This document shows, piece by piece, positions 9,234 to 18,137 of a stretch of 64,000 bases of DNA. Numbering within the stretch: position 1 is the first letter of the stretch; each line of letters starts with the position of its first letter. The notes beneath the pieces are model-generated. The model saw only the letters and a list, made by a program, of their open reading frames with translations, searched no databases and had not been told where the DNA came from. The translations under genes were made by a program, and so were the position numbers. This DNA is from Pantanalinema sp. (GTDB lineage: Bacteria > Cyanobacteriota > Sericytochromatia > S15B-MN24 > UBA4093): positions 971 through 64,970 of the forward strand of contig DATNQI010000019.1 in the NCBI GenBank assembly GCA_036704125.1, in the 5' to 3' direction.

Positions 9234-10736
9234 CTAGTGGACGCGGCTGGGGAAGGGCATCTCCATCTGGCGGGTGGGGACGAGGTTGCGGTTGTGGCTG
9301 TAGCCGATCAGCTGGTTCAAGTCGTTGACGCGCCGGCCGATGTCGTCCAGGTGACGGACCGCGCCGGTGACGGGATCCGGGACGTCGTGGCCCGTCATGA
9401 AGGGCGAGAGGGTGGCGGGCTCGTTCGCCTTGCGCGGCCGGACCTGGAGGAAGGCCTCGCCGGGGGGGAGGGTCTGCAGGCCGCCCTCGCGCAGGTGGCA
9501 GCCGTTGCAGGTGTTGAGCGAGAACTTGAAGCGGGCCTCCGGGTTGACGCCCGAGGCCTTCCAGAACAGGGGCGGATCGCTGATGCCCGCCGGCGGGAAG
9601 TCGCCGGCGCCGGGCACGAGCGCCGAGCCCGCGAGCATCCCGGCGGGAACCTGGTGCTGCTCGGCGAGGATGTCCTGCTCGTTGCGCCTGATGTAGTTGG
9701 CGAGCGCCTGCGTGTCGTTGAGCGCGATCTGCGGGGTGAGGGCCACCGGCGCGGGTTCGAGCTGGCCGCCGCGGGCGACGTGGAACTCGCGCATCTCCCA
9801 GGGGTGGTCCTTGAGGAACTGGAAGAAGTTCACGAAGTTGACGGGGTCGGCGGGGTTGGGGGGGCCGAACTTCGCGATCGCCTCCTGGGTGGAGAGCTCG
9901 ATCTCGTTGGTGCGCAGCTGGTTGAGGGCGCTGCCGTTGGGCTTCGCGCGGTTGGCGCCGCCCTTGGCGAAGACGTCGGTCAGCTTCTGGAGCTCGGCGT
10001 TGTACTGGGGCCCGAAGTTCATGGTGCCCAGCTTGTGCCACCGCATGGCCCAGTCGGTGACGAGCCCCATGCGGATCTTGGCCAGCTGCTTGTTGTTGGG
10101 ATCGTCCATGCGGTCGTACTTCATGCCGCCGAGCATGTTGAAGTCGACGCCGTACTCGAAGATGACGGTGAACAGGGGGCGGAACGGGTTGTTCTCGCCC
10201 TGGTCCCTGAGGTCCACCACGCCGAAGACCAGGCGGCCCTCGCCGGCGTTGCCCACCTTGCGCAGGTCGACGCGATTGGTGATGGCCAGAAGGCGGAAGG
10301 GCGCCTTGCTCATGTCGAGCCGGCTACCACCGCTCGCCTGTTTCCATGGGTCGATGATCAGGTCCTTGATCGCCTTGCGGGCCTGGACCTTCTGGCCGTT
10401 GACGTAGACGTCCTTGGTCCACTGGTTGAGCCAGTTGAGCACGAACTGCTCGGTGTTCTTGCCGCCCGAAAGGCCGTTCATCAGGGCGCCGAAGCTCCAG
10501 GGGCCCATGCCCTTGGCCCGGTAGTCGTTGACCACGCTCAGGTCGGTGACGACCAGCTCCTTGTGGGCGGCGATGGGGGTCGGCTCGCCGGGAGCGAAGG
10601 AGCCGCCCGCCTGGGCCTCGCGAGAGTCGCCGCTCGGGGCGGCCAGGTTGCCCGCCTTCAGGTTACAGCCGACCAGGGAGAGCGCCATGGTGGACACGAC
10701 CACCCCGCTCACGATGGATCCGATTCTGCTTCGCAT
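9234..10736 (-). CDS. lipoprotein with a single c-type heme-binding motif (CNGCH); function unknown
   Basis: ATG at 10734-10736 gives a lipobox signal (MRSRIGSIVSGVVVSTMALSLVGC). One CxxCH is present (SLNTCNGCHLREG). The track ORF extends further upstream, but that stretch lacks coding character. Confidence 0.55.
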   Translation of the reverse strand: MRSRIGSIVSGVVVSTMALSLVGCNLKAGNLAAPSGDSREAQAGGSFAPGEPTPIAAHKELVVTDLSVVNDYRAKGMGPWSFGALMNGLSGGKNTEQFVLNWLNQWTKDVYVNGQKVQARKAIKDLIIDPWKQASGGSRLDMSKAPFRLLAITNRVDLRKVGNAGEGRLVFGVVDLRDQGENNPFRPLFTVIFEYGVDFNMLGGMKYDRMDDPNNKQLAKIRMGLVTDWAMRWHKLGTMNFGPQYNAELQKLTDVFAKGGANRAKPNGSALNQLRTNEIELSTQEAIAKFGPPNPADPVNFVNFFQFLKDHPWEMREFHVARGGQLEPAPVALTPQIALNDTQALANYIRRNEQDILAEQHQVPAGMLAGSALVPGAGDFPPAGISDPPLFWKASGVNPEARFKFSLNTCNGCHLREGGLQTLPPGEAFLQVRPRKANEPATLSPFMTGHDVPDPVTGAVRHLDDIGRRVNDLNQLIGYSHNRNLVPTRQMEMPFPSRVH

Positions 10737-11055
10737 GCACACACACCTCTCTAGCTGATGACGGAGCCGATTGCCGCGCCGGGGCGAACTCGATCCGGTC
10801 GGTCTGCGTCGGTTCTTGCTTCGTGTGGCGTTGCACATACGCCGTGGCAGGAAGGGGGCGATGGGGCCGGGGGACGGGGCCACTGCCAGGCAACCGCGTA
10901 TCATCCTAGCCAGAGTCCCCCCATAATACTTGGTTGGTTTCATCAAGCTTGGTTGTTCGGATCGAAGCTCCCAGAGAGCTTGGGGCGAACTGAACAAGCG
11001 AGCGTCATTCCTCCGCCGCTATGATCGGCCGGCCCATCGCGGCGAGGAGGATCCC

Positions 11056-12369
11056 ATGTTCATTCACATGATCGGCCTGAGCCATCGGACGGCGCCGGTC
11101 GCGGTGCGCGAGCGCGTCGCCGTGCCGGCGCACGGCCTGCAGGGGGCCCTCTCGGATCTCCTGGCGGATCCCGGCGTCCTCGAGGGGGTGATCCTCTCGA
11201 CCTGCAACCGGACGGAGGTCTACGCGGTCACGGCGGATCCATCGCTCGGCATCGAGGCCCTGCGCCGCTTCGCGGCGCGCGGCGGTGCCGACGCGGGGGG
11301 CTTCGAGGCGCGCGCCCAGGGCGAGGCCGTCCTACACCTCATGCGGGTCGCCGCGGGGCTCGAGTCCCAGCTGCTGGGCGAGCACCAGATCCTCGCCCAG
11401 ATCAAGGAGGCTCTCGCGGCCGCGCAGCACCAGCGCGCCGCCGGCGCCATCCTGGATGCGCTCTTTCGCTTCGCGCTCAGCGCGGGCAAGCGCGCACGAT
11501 CCCAGACCGAGATCGCGCGCGGGGCCGTCTCGGTCTCGGGGGCCGCCATCCACCTGGCGCGCGAGCATTTCGGCTCGCTGCGGGGCCGCGCCATCCTCAT
11601 CCTCGGCAGCGGCAAGATGGGCGAGCTCGCAGCCCGCCACCTCGCGGGCTCGGGGCTCGATCGGATCTACGTCGCCAGCCGCACGCAGGGGGCGGCCCGG
11701 CGCCTCGCCGAGGCGACGGGCGGCGAGGTGGTCTCCTTCTTCGCCCTGGACGAGGTCCTCGCCCGGGTGGACGTCCTGGTGTGCTGCACCGGGGCGCCCC
11801 ATCACGTGCTCTCGGCCTCGGACCTCGCGGGCCTTCACGCGCGCCGGGGCGGTCGCGAGCTGGTGCTCCTGGACCTCTCCATGCCGCGGAACCTGGATCC
11901 CGCCATCGCGGATCTGCCCGGCATGCGCCTGTGGGGCCTGGACGACCTCGAGGCGATCGCCCGCGAGCGCCGGCAGGAGCGCGCGGGGGTGGTGAGCGAG
12001 GTGGAGGCCATCCTGGAGGAGGAGCGCGCGGCCTACCTGGCCTGGCTGCGTTACTTCCAGATGAGCCCCGCCATCGCCTCCTTGCGGGACAAGGCCCACC
12101 AGGTCCGCGCCGGCGAGCTGGAGCGCTTCCTGGACAAGTACGCCGAGGCCTTCTCGGGCGATCAGCGCCGCCTGATCGAGGAGCTGAGCCAGGCCATCGT
12201 CAACAAGCTCCTGCACGGCCCCCTCTCGCGCCTGCGGGGCATGAGCGCGCAGGAGCAGCGGCAGCACGTCGGGACCTTGCAGGACCTGTTCGACCTTCCG
12301 GTCGAGGACTTCGCCGTGCACTACCGGCGGCGGCTCGTCGCGCGCCATGACGCCCTTCCCTCGCCCTAA
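11056..12369 (+). CDS. hemA: glutamyl-tRNA reductase
   Basis: HemA N-terminus (MIGLSHRTAPVAVRE…STCNRTEVY), an NADP-binding GxGxxG (LILGSGKMGE) and a C-terminal dimerisation helix. GAGGAGGA precedes ATG 11056. Confidence 0.9.
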   Translation: MFIHMIGLSHRTAPVAVRERVAVPAHGLQGALSDLLADPGVLEGVILSTCNRTEVYAVTADPSLGIEALRRFAARGGADAGGFEARAQGEAVLHLMRVAAGLESQLLGEHQILAQIKEALAAAQHQRAAGAILDALFRFALSAGKRARSQTEIARGAVSVSGAAIHLAREHFGSLRGRAILILGSGKMGELAARHLAGSGLDRIYVASRTQGAARRLAEATGGEVVSFFALDEVLARVDVLVCCTGAPHHVLSASDLAGLHARRGGRELVLLDLSMPRNLDPAIADLPGMRLWGLDDLEAIARERRQERAGVVSEVEAILEEERAAYLAWLRYFQMSPAIASLRDKAHQVRAGELERFLDKYAEAFSGDQRRLIEELSQAIVNKLLHGPLSRLRGMSAQEQRQHVGTLQDLFDLPVEDFAVHYRRRLVARHDALPSP

Positions 12370-12559
12370 TTTCGGCATGATCACTTGATTCGAGGCGGCG
12401 ATCTCTTTCTCCGTGATCATGATCGCCGCATTTGCGGCGATCGGGTGAAAAAACTTGCGCCCAGTGCATTTAGACGCGGGATCTCTGGGTAGAATAGCAG
12501 TAGAAAGCTTTTCGACGTTCGATCGCTCCTAAGATCGACATAACATGAGGACCACGAAC

Positions 12560-13306
12560 ATGACCTATCTCGAAGCCGCGCAGTTGATTCTGGCAGAGGC
12601 CCGCAAGCCCCTTACCGAGGCCGAGATCGTGTCGCGGGCGAAGCGGAAGGGCCTGATCGCCCCGCGCACCAGGGACCCGGAGCGCTCGATCGGGGTGGTC
12701 CTCAAGCGCGCCTCGCAGAACCCCGGGTCCAGCTTCGAGGCGACCGCGCCGCACACCTGGCAGCTCAAGCCCTCCAAGATCCTGGAGCACCCGATGAGCA
12801 TGCGCGAGGCGGCCCTCAAGATCCTGACGCTCGCGGGCAAGCCCCTCCACTACCAGGAGATCACCAAGCGCGCGATCCGCGCGGGCCTCATCCGCCCCGA
12901 GGGCCGGACCCCCGCCTACACCCTGCGCGCCCGGGTCGGCGACGACATGCAGCGCAACGCCGACTCGCCCTTCGAGCGCGTCTCGGACGGCACCTACGGC
13001 CTGCGCGTCTGGCCCAAGGACATGCTCAAGGCCAAGAAGACCGCCCGCAAGGTCAAGGCCAAGGCGATCGCCAAGCCCGCCGCGGTCAAGGCCGCGAAGG
13101 CCGCCAAGCCCGCTAAGCCCGCCGTCCTCAAGCCGGTGAAGGCCGCCAAGGCCACCGTCACCAAGCTCGAGGCCAAGGAGCCCCGCAAGCCCCGCGCCAA
13201 GCGCGTGGTCGAGACCGTCGCCCCCGTGGTGCCGATGAAGCCCCGCGTGAGGGTCGCCGACTCCGAGTCGCTCGCGCGCCTGCAGCGTAACAAGGCGGCG
13301 CACTGA
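12560..13306 (+). CDS. DNA-binding protein with two tandem HARE-HTH (RpoE-delta/Mrr-N-like winged-helix) domains and a histone-H1-like Lys/Ala-rich tail
   Basis: Two repeats of the pattern 'eAAlkIL..agkPL…EI..ra.r.GLI.p…tp..tl' are followed by AKAAKAAKPAKPAVLKPVKAAKA. Start is either ATG 12560 (GAGGA upstream) or ATG 12545. Confidence 0.6.
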   Translation: MTYLEAAQLILAEARKPLTEAEIVSRAKRKGLIAPRTRDPERSIGVVLKRASQNPGSSFEATAPHTWQLKPSKILEHPMSMREAALKILTLAGKPLHYQEITKRAIRAGLIRPEGRTPAYTLRARVGDDMQRNADSPFERVSDGTYGLRVWPKDMLKAKKTARKVKAKAIAKPAAVKAAKAAKPAKPAVLKPVKAAKATVTKLEAKEPRKPRAKRVVETVAPVVPMKPRVRVADSESLARLQRNKAAH

Positions 13307-13386
13307 GCCGGAGGCGTCCGTAACGACGGGCGAACGAAGCGTTCACGGGACGGTCATCCCGATTGGGACGATCGTCCCGACTTTGA

Positions 13387-13426
13387 GGAGACAAGCGGTT
13401 TCGAGCCGCTTGTCTCGTTTTTTTTG
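13387..13426 (+). terminator. rho-independent terminator (11-bp stem + T9)
   Basis: gagacaagcgg-tttcga-gccgcttgtctc followed by gttttttttgg. Confidence 0.85.
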
Positions 13427-13485
13427 GCGGGGCGCGGGGCAAGACTCCTCGGAGCAGACTCACTGACGCCTTGCAGGTTGATGAA

Positions 13486-14391
13486 ATGACCGACTCCCCG
13501 ATCCTGATCTACGCCTCCGCGGCGCCGCGCGACTGGGTCGCGCGGGTGTTCGAGGCGGCGGGGTATCGGGTCCTGGCGGCCTCGAACGGCCTGACCGCCC
13601 TCGATCAGGCGACCCGGACCACCCCCGCCATGATCGTGGCCGATGCGCGCTTGCCCGGTATCGACGGGGTGGAGGTGTGCCGGATCCTGAAGGGCATGTC
13701 GAGCATGCCCTTCACGCCGATCGTGCTGATCGAGCCCTCGTGCGCGGAGGTGGGCGAGCATGGCCGCTATTCCGAGGCCGACGACGTGTGGATCGCGCCG
13801 AGCACCCCTCAGGAGGTCGCGGCCCGCCTCAAGCTGCTTCAGCTGCGCCTGGATCGCCTCGCCGCCCTGCGCGGCGATCGCGATCGCCTCTACGAGCTGG
13901 CCTACCACGACCACCTGACGGGCCTGCCCAACCGCCGCTTCCTGGACGGGGCCCTGGCCGACGCGCTGGTCGATGCGCGCGCCCATGATCGGCCCATGGC
14001 GATCCTCCTGTTCGACGTGGATCGGTTCAAGAGCATCAACGATCGCTGGGGCCACCCGGTGGGCGATCGGGTGCTGCAGGAGATGGCGGAGGTCCTGCGC
14101 CGCAGCTCGCGCCGCCGGGACGTGATAGGGCGCTTCGGGGGCGAGGAGTTCCTTTACCTCTTGCCGGGCCACCCCCTGGACGAGGCGGTCCTGCAGGCCG
14201 AGCGGGTGCGCTCCGAGCTCGCCGCGCACCCCTTCTCGGCCCCCGACGAGGACGTGTGCCTCACGGTGAGCGTGGGGGCCACCGAGGTTCGGGGCGACGA
14301 CACGCCCCACTCCGTCCTCGTGCGGGCGGATCGCCTGCTCTACGAGGCCAAGCGGGGCGGCCGCAACCGGATCGTCTCTTTGAGAAGCTAG
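13486..14391 (+). CDS. response-regulator receiver fused to GGDEF diguanylate cyclase (PleD/WspR-like)
   Basis: REC domain (…MIVADARLPGIDG…) and a GGDEF domain with an intact GGEEF motif (RFGGEEFLYLL). An alternative in-frame ATG at 13471 is possible. Confidence 0.8.
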   Translation: MTDSPILIYASAAPRDWVARVFEAAGYRVLAASNGLTALDQATRTTPAMIVADARLPGIDGVEVCRILKGMSSMPFTPIVLIEPSCAEVGEHGRYSEADDVWIAPSTPQEVAARLKLLQLRLDRLAALRGDRDRLYELAYHDHLTGLPNRRFLDGALADALVDARAHDRPMAILLFDVDRFKSINDRWGHPVGDRVLQEMAEVLRRSSRRRDVIGRFGGEEFLYLLPGHPLDEAVLQAERVRSELAAHPFSAPDEDVCLTVSVGATEVRGDDTPHSVLVRADRLLYEAKRGGRNRIVSLRS

Positions 14392-16664
14392 CCCTGCAGG
14401 CCGGGCTGCCAGAGCCCGACCCTGGAGCCCTGGACCATGGCGCCGTACTTGGCGAGGAGCCCCGGCAAATCGGAGGTCGGGTCGCCGCCCCAGACCGCGG
14501 CGATGACGTCGTGGTCCGGCCGCGCCCAGCTCCGGTACAGCTCGAAGGCGTCGCGGGGCCGGTCGGAGGCCTCGAGGGCGCGCATGAGCCCCTGCACCAT
14601 CACCCCCTCGGCGATCTTCGCGATCTCCTTGCTCGGCGTCTGGCGGCTCGTGCCGAGGCGCTTGGGGGTCGTCTCGGCGCGGATCGCCTCGCGCTCGGCC
14701 TCGGTGATCCCGTAGAGGTCGAAGACCCGGGCGTCGATCGCCTCGAGGGCCTCGAGGGCGCGCTTGCGCCGAAGCTCCATGGCCGAAAGCCGCTCCTTGG
14801 CGGCCGCCTCCAGGGCCTCGGGGGTCTCCCAGAGCGTCTCGGCGATCGTCGTGCTGAGGTCCCAGCGCGAGGTCTGCGAGAGCCAGTCGAGGACCAGGGC
14901 TGCGTCGCCCGCGATGGCGCGCTGCTCTCGCTCGGTCGCGATCAAGAGGGGCAAGGATCCGAGCGTCGGCGTGTCCAGGTGAAGGGTGAGCTGCGCCTTG
15001 TTGGCGATGACCAGCTGGAAGTAGGCCTCCAAGAGGCGCGAGTTGAGCAGCGCGAGCAGGTAGTGAGGGTTCCAGTCCGACTGGGGCTCGAGCACGTTGA
15101 CGGTGTCGAGCGGCAGGCTGCCCGAGGGCAGGAGGGTCGCGACCACGGCGCTCGCGATGTTCTGGTAGACGATCCGAGGTGAGGAGAGCACGCTCGAGAG
15201 GAAGCGATCGCGCAGGGCGTAGCGGGGGCTGAGGCGCAGGAGGCCCTCGTCGCCGCCGTAGCGCCGGATGTCGCGGCCCCTGACCACCGGGGTCCCCTCG
15301 CTCCACAGGGCGATCGCGCTCTCCCTGGCCGAGATGCCCGCCCCGCGCCGGATCCAGGCCAGGTGCTGCAAGGGGACGCCCGAGACCTCGACCTTGGTGA
15401 TCCAGCCGCCGCTGGTGCGGTTGGCGTAGATCGGCATGGTCGGGCGGTTGCGGAAGAAGCCGTGGCTCTGGGTGCCCAGCTCGCGGAACGAGCCGTCCCG
15501 GAAGGAGTCGAGGCGCACCTCGCCCTGGTCGTCCGGCGCCCAGGGCAAAGCGGCGTTCGAGAACCTGGCCTGGCGGTGCTCGGCGACGAAGGCGATCGTC
15601 TCGAGGTTGACGCCGGGGAAGGCCGCGCCGAGATCCAGGAGGGCCGTCAGCTGCATGTCCTCGACCAGGAGCCTGCGGCACTCGTAGTAGGCGCCGGTGC
15701 GGGTGACGCCGTGGGGGACGACGAGCCCCAGGCGGCCCTTGGCGCGCAGCAGGCGCGCGGATCGCTCGATGAACAGGGCCGTGGTGTCCTGTCGACCGCT
15801 GCCCAGGCGGTAGTGGCGCTGGAAGAAGTGCTTGTCCTGGCTCGAGATCTCGGCCCCGTAGGGCGGGTTGCCCACGATCACGTCGAAGCCGGGCTCGAGG
15901 GTCGCGTCGTGCTGCTGGAGGGTGTTGCGGCCGAGCAGGTTGGCTTTGAGGGGCACCTTGAGCTCGGGCACCAGCTTGAGCTGGACGAAGGCCAGCCGGA
16001 TCTGGGCGAGCTTGAGGGCCCAGGGGTTGAGGTCCACGCCGAACAGGTGGCGCCCCATGACGCGCTTGAGGCGCAGGTAGCGGCCCTCGGCGCCGGTCTG
16101 CGAGGTCCAGACCCGCTCGAAGAGGGCCTCGAGCGAAAGCGACAGGAAGTTGCCGGCGCCGCAGGAAGGATCGAGCAGGCGGAAGTCCTTGGAGAGGGGC
16201 AGGTGCCTGGGCGGCAGGGTCGCCTCGAGCAGGTAGGTCACGATGGGCGCCGGGGTGTAGAAGGCGCCGTGCTTCTTGCGCTGGACGCTCGAGAGGTGGG
16301 TCTCGAACAGGCCGCCCAGCAGTTCGCCGTCCTCGTAGCCCCATTGCTGGGCCGAGAAGAGGTCGTGCAGGGTCTCGGTCAGCTCCGGCACCGAGGGGGC
16401 GCCGAGCTTGAGGGGCAGGGGGGCCGCGTCCGCGAACAGCGGGGTCTGGTCGCCGCCCAGGCCGCTCAGGGTGTCGAAGAGGGCCTTCTCGAGGGCTTCG
16501 CGATCGCCCGGGTGCTGCAGATGGCAGAACAGGGCGTTCGCCAGCACGAAGCAGGCGGCGGGCGGCTCGTGGACCGACAGGGCGTCGGCCAACAGGGCCA
16601 CGCCGTGGGTCAGGAGGCCCTCCTTGGAGAGCTCGGAGCGGGTGCGGGGGCTCGTGGTCTGCAT
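14388..16664 (-). CDS. solitary gamma-class N6-adenine DNA methyltransferase (Eco57I/TaqI-like N6_Mtase with C-terminal TRD)
   Basis: Motif X/I (GAFYTP…DPSCGAGNFL) and motif IV (NPPYG) in gamma order, with a long C-terminal target-recognition region and no PD-(D/E)XK or HsdR-like nuclease N-terminus. ATG at 16662-16664; the track ORF begins with TTG at 16700. Confidence 0.8.
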   Translation of the reverse strand: MQTTSPRTRSELSKEGLLTHGVALLADALSVHEPPAACFVLANALFCHLQHPGDREALEKALFDTLSGLGGDQTPLFADAAPLPLKLGAPSVPELTETLHDLFSAQQWGYEDGELLGGLFETHLSSVQRKKHGAFYTPAPIVTYLLEATLPPRHLPLSKDFRLLDPSCGAGNFLSLSLEALFERVWTSQTGAEGRYLRLKRVMGRHLFGVDLNPWALKLAQIRLAFVQLKLVPELKVPLKANLLGRNTLQQHDATLEPGFDVIVGNPPYGAEISSQDKHFFQRHYRLGSGRQDTTALFIERSARLLRAKGRLGLVVPHGVTRTGAYYECRRLLVEDMQLTALLDLGAAFPGVNLETIAFVAEHRQARFSNAALPWAPDDQGEVRLDSFRDGSFRELGTQSHGFFRNRPTMPIYANRTSGGWITKVEVSGVPLQHLAWIRRGAGISARESAIALWSEGTPVVRGRDIRRYGGDEGLLRLSPRYALRDRFLSSVLSSPRIVYQNIASAVVATLLPSGSLPLDTVNVLEPQSDWNPHYLLALLNSRLLEAYFQLVIANKAQLTLHLDTPTLGSLPLLIATEREQRAIAGDAALVLDWLSQTSRWDLSTTIAETLWETPEALEAAAKERLSAMELRRKRALEALEAIDARVFDLYGITEAEREAIRAETTPKRLGTSRQTPSKEIAKIAEGVMVQGLMRALEASDRPRDAFELYRSWARPDHDVIAAVWGGDPTSDLPGLLAKYGAMVQGSRVGLWQPGLQG

Positions 16665-16793
16665 GCTCCCATTATCCGGCGCCGCCCGCACGGGTGGCAA
16701 GGGGCGCTTTTCGGCGGCGGGCGCGCTTAACGGGCCTTAACAGAGCGGAGCGAGGGTGCTACCATGCCCTCGCGCGAAGGAGGCGTCCATCAC

Positions 16794-17330
16794 ATGGAGA
16801 AGCGGGGATTCGAGATCGAGGCGAAGTTTCGCCTGAGGCCCGGGCAGCGCGAGGCGATCGCCCAGGCCCTTTCCGGCTGCTCGCACGAGCGCGCCGTGCA
16901 GGAGGACCGCTACTTCGACGCGGGCCCGGGCCGGGTGCTGCGCCTCAGGCAGGAGAACGGCGCCTGGCTCATCACCCGCAAGGAGGCCCCCACCGTCTCG
17001 GCCGACGGCACCAAGACCCGCACCGAGATCGAGACTCCGATCCCGGTCGACCTGGTCGAGCCGCTCGCCGAGGCCTTCGCCTGGCTGGGGCACCGGCCCC
17101 TGATCGTGGTGAGGAAGGTCCGTGACGCCTACGAGATCGACGGGGCGACGGTCTGCCTGGATCGAATCGAGGGCCTCGACGACGACTTCGCCGAACTGGA
17201 GGTGCTCGCCCAGGAGGCCACGGCCAAGGGCGCTCTCGACGCCCTGCGCGCGCGCTTCGGCCTCGAAGAGGACCAGATCCTGCTCCACAGCTACGCCCGG
17301 CTCCTGGCGGAGGCGCGCGGACAGGCTTAG
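16794..17330 (+). CDS. CYTH-domain protein (CyaB/ThTPase-like triphosphate tunnel metalloenzyme)
   Basis: An N-terminal EIEAKFRL motif and tunnel-like acidic/basic residue pattern. The RBS GAAGGAGG lies 10 nt before ATG 16794. Confidence 0.7.
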   Translation: MEKRGFEIEAKFRLRPGQREAIAQALSGCSHERAVQEDRYFDAGPGRVLRLRQENGAWLITRKEAPTVSADGTKTRTEIETPIPVDLVEPLAEAFAWLGHRPLIVVRKVRDAYEIDGATVCLDRIEGLDDDFAELEVLAQEATAKGALDALRARFGLEEDQILLHSYARLLAEARGQA

Positions 17331-17331
17331 A

Positions 17332-17406
17332 GTGTCTAACAAAAATATCCTTCGAGCCGCCCCCGGCGGCCATCGGTCGTAACATGCCTGGTTTTGTTAG
17401 GCGCTC
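17332..17406 (+). repeat. REP/MITE-like palindromic intergenic element, copy A
   Basis: ~75 bp with terminal inverted repeats CTAAC(A/G)AAA…TTT(T/C)GTTAG and an internal GCCGCCCCCGGCGGC hairpin. It is ~80% identical to the reverse complement of 34187..34264 and starts 2 bp after the CYTH stop. Confidence 0.7.
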
Positions 17407-17443
17407 TTAGTGAATACCCGGTAGCCAACCCACCTCCTTCCGA

Positions 17444-18137
17444 GTGACTGGGAGTAGGGACTCCTCCTGTTGGGTATTATTGCCTGATACTTTTGCCCCT
17501 TCGGGCCGATCGTTCGTAGCTGAGCCTTTGTCGTCGCCAACAGAGCGCGCGCCTGCCGAGATCATGGCCCACGGCAACGGGTTGGCGCTTGGTTGCTACG
17601 TGGGATCCGAGAAGGTCACGGCGGATGACGAACCTTTTGGTCGGAAGATGCGGAGACCGATCGTCTTGCCGGTAGAACAATATTTCGAGAGCGCCCGCCT
17701 CAAGGCGCTCATGCCAGAGAATCAGAGGAGGCTGGGGTATGGCTCGTGAAGACTATTTTGCTGCTGAGGAACCATTTGTGCAGGCGTCGCCTGCACAAAT
17801 GAAAATGCCCGCTGATTACGGCAAGGTGCTCGATGGCCTCAAGGCCAAGGAGCGCGACCTGGAGCGTGGGCTCCTGGCTCACCTCAAGGACTTCTACCTC
17901 TCGCTCGTGGACGACAAGCTTCGCCATCCCGCCGATCAGCCGAGCATCGGTCTGATCCTTTGCAAAGAGCGAAACAAGCTGATCGTCGAGTATGCCTTCC
18001 GCGATATCCGCAAGCCGATGGGGATTGTGGCATACGAGCTGTTCGAGCAGTTGCCGGAGCAACTTCAGAACGCACTGCCAAGCGTGGAAGATCTCGAGCG
18101 AGGCATCGGGGAGGACAGAGGGGAGATCGTCGAATGA
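17444..18137 (+). pseudogene. degraded YhcG/DUF1016 PD-(D/E)XK nuclease gene (frameshifted N-terminus, nuclease core deleted)
   Basis: The 3' ORF 17739..18137 encodes …KERDLERGLLAHLKDFY|LSLVDDKLRHPADQPSIGLILCKERNKLIVEYAFRDIRKPMGIVAYELFEQLP…LPSVEDLE, matching the YhcG C-terminus (…HPDDQPTIGLLLCK.KNK.V.EYAL…KPIG.A.YEL…LPSIEELE). The ~55-aa nuclease core that normally sits between them is absent, the upstream part is in another frame, and local GC is lower. Confidence 0.65.

Noticed and set aside
7153-10041. Very long antisense or out-of-frame ORFs (e.g. 7153..10041-, 13354..16344-, 1330..3330-, 3632..5599+, 41220..44000-, 30720..34187+, 5641..7110-)
   Set aside because: Their translations are R/G/P/A-rich and low-complexity. 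They mirror well-supported genes on the other strand or frame. They are typical shadow ORFs of high-GC DNA.
14388-16664. Type IIG bifunctional restriction-modification enzyme
   Set aside because: The ~110 aa before the FxxP motif are the usual helical N-terminus of gamma MTases. There is no PD-(D/E)XK or other nuclease domain, and no adjacent R gene.
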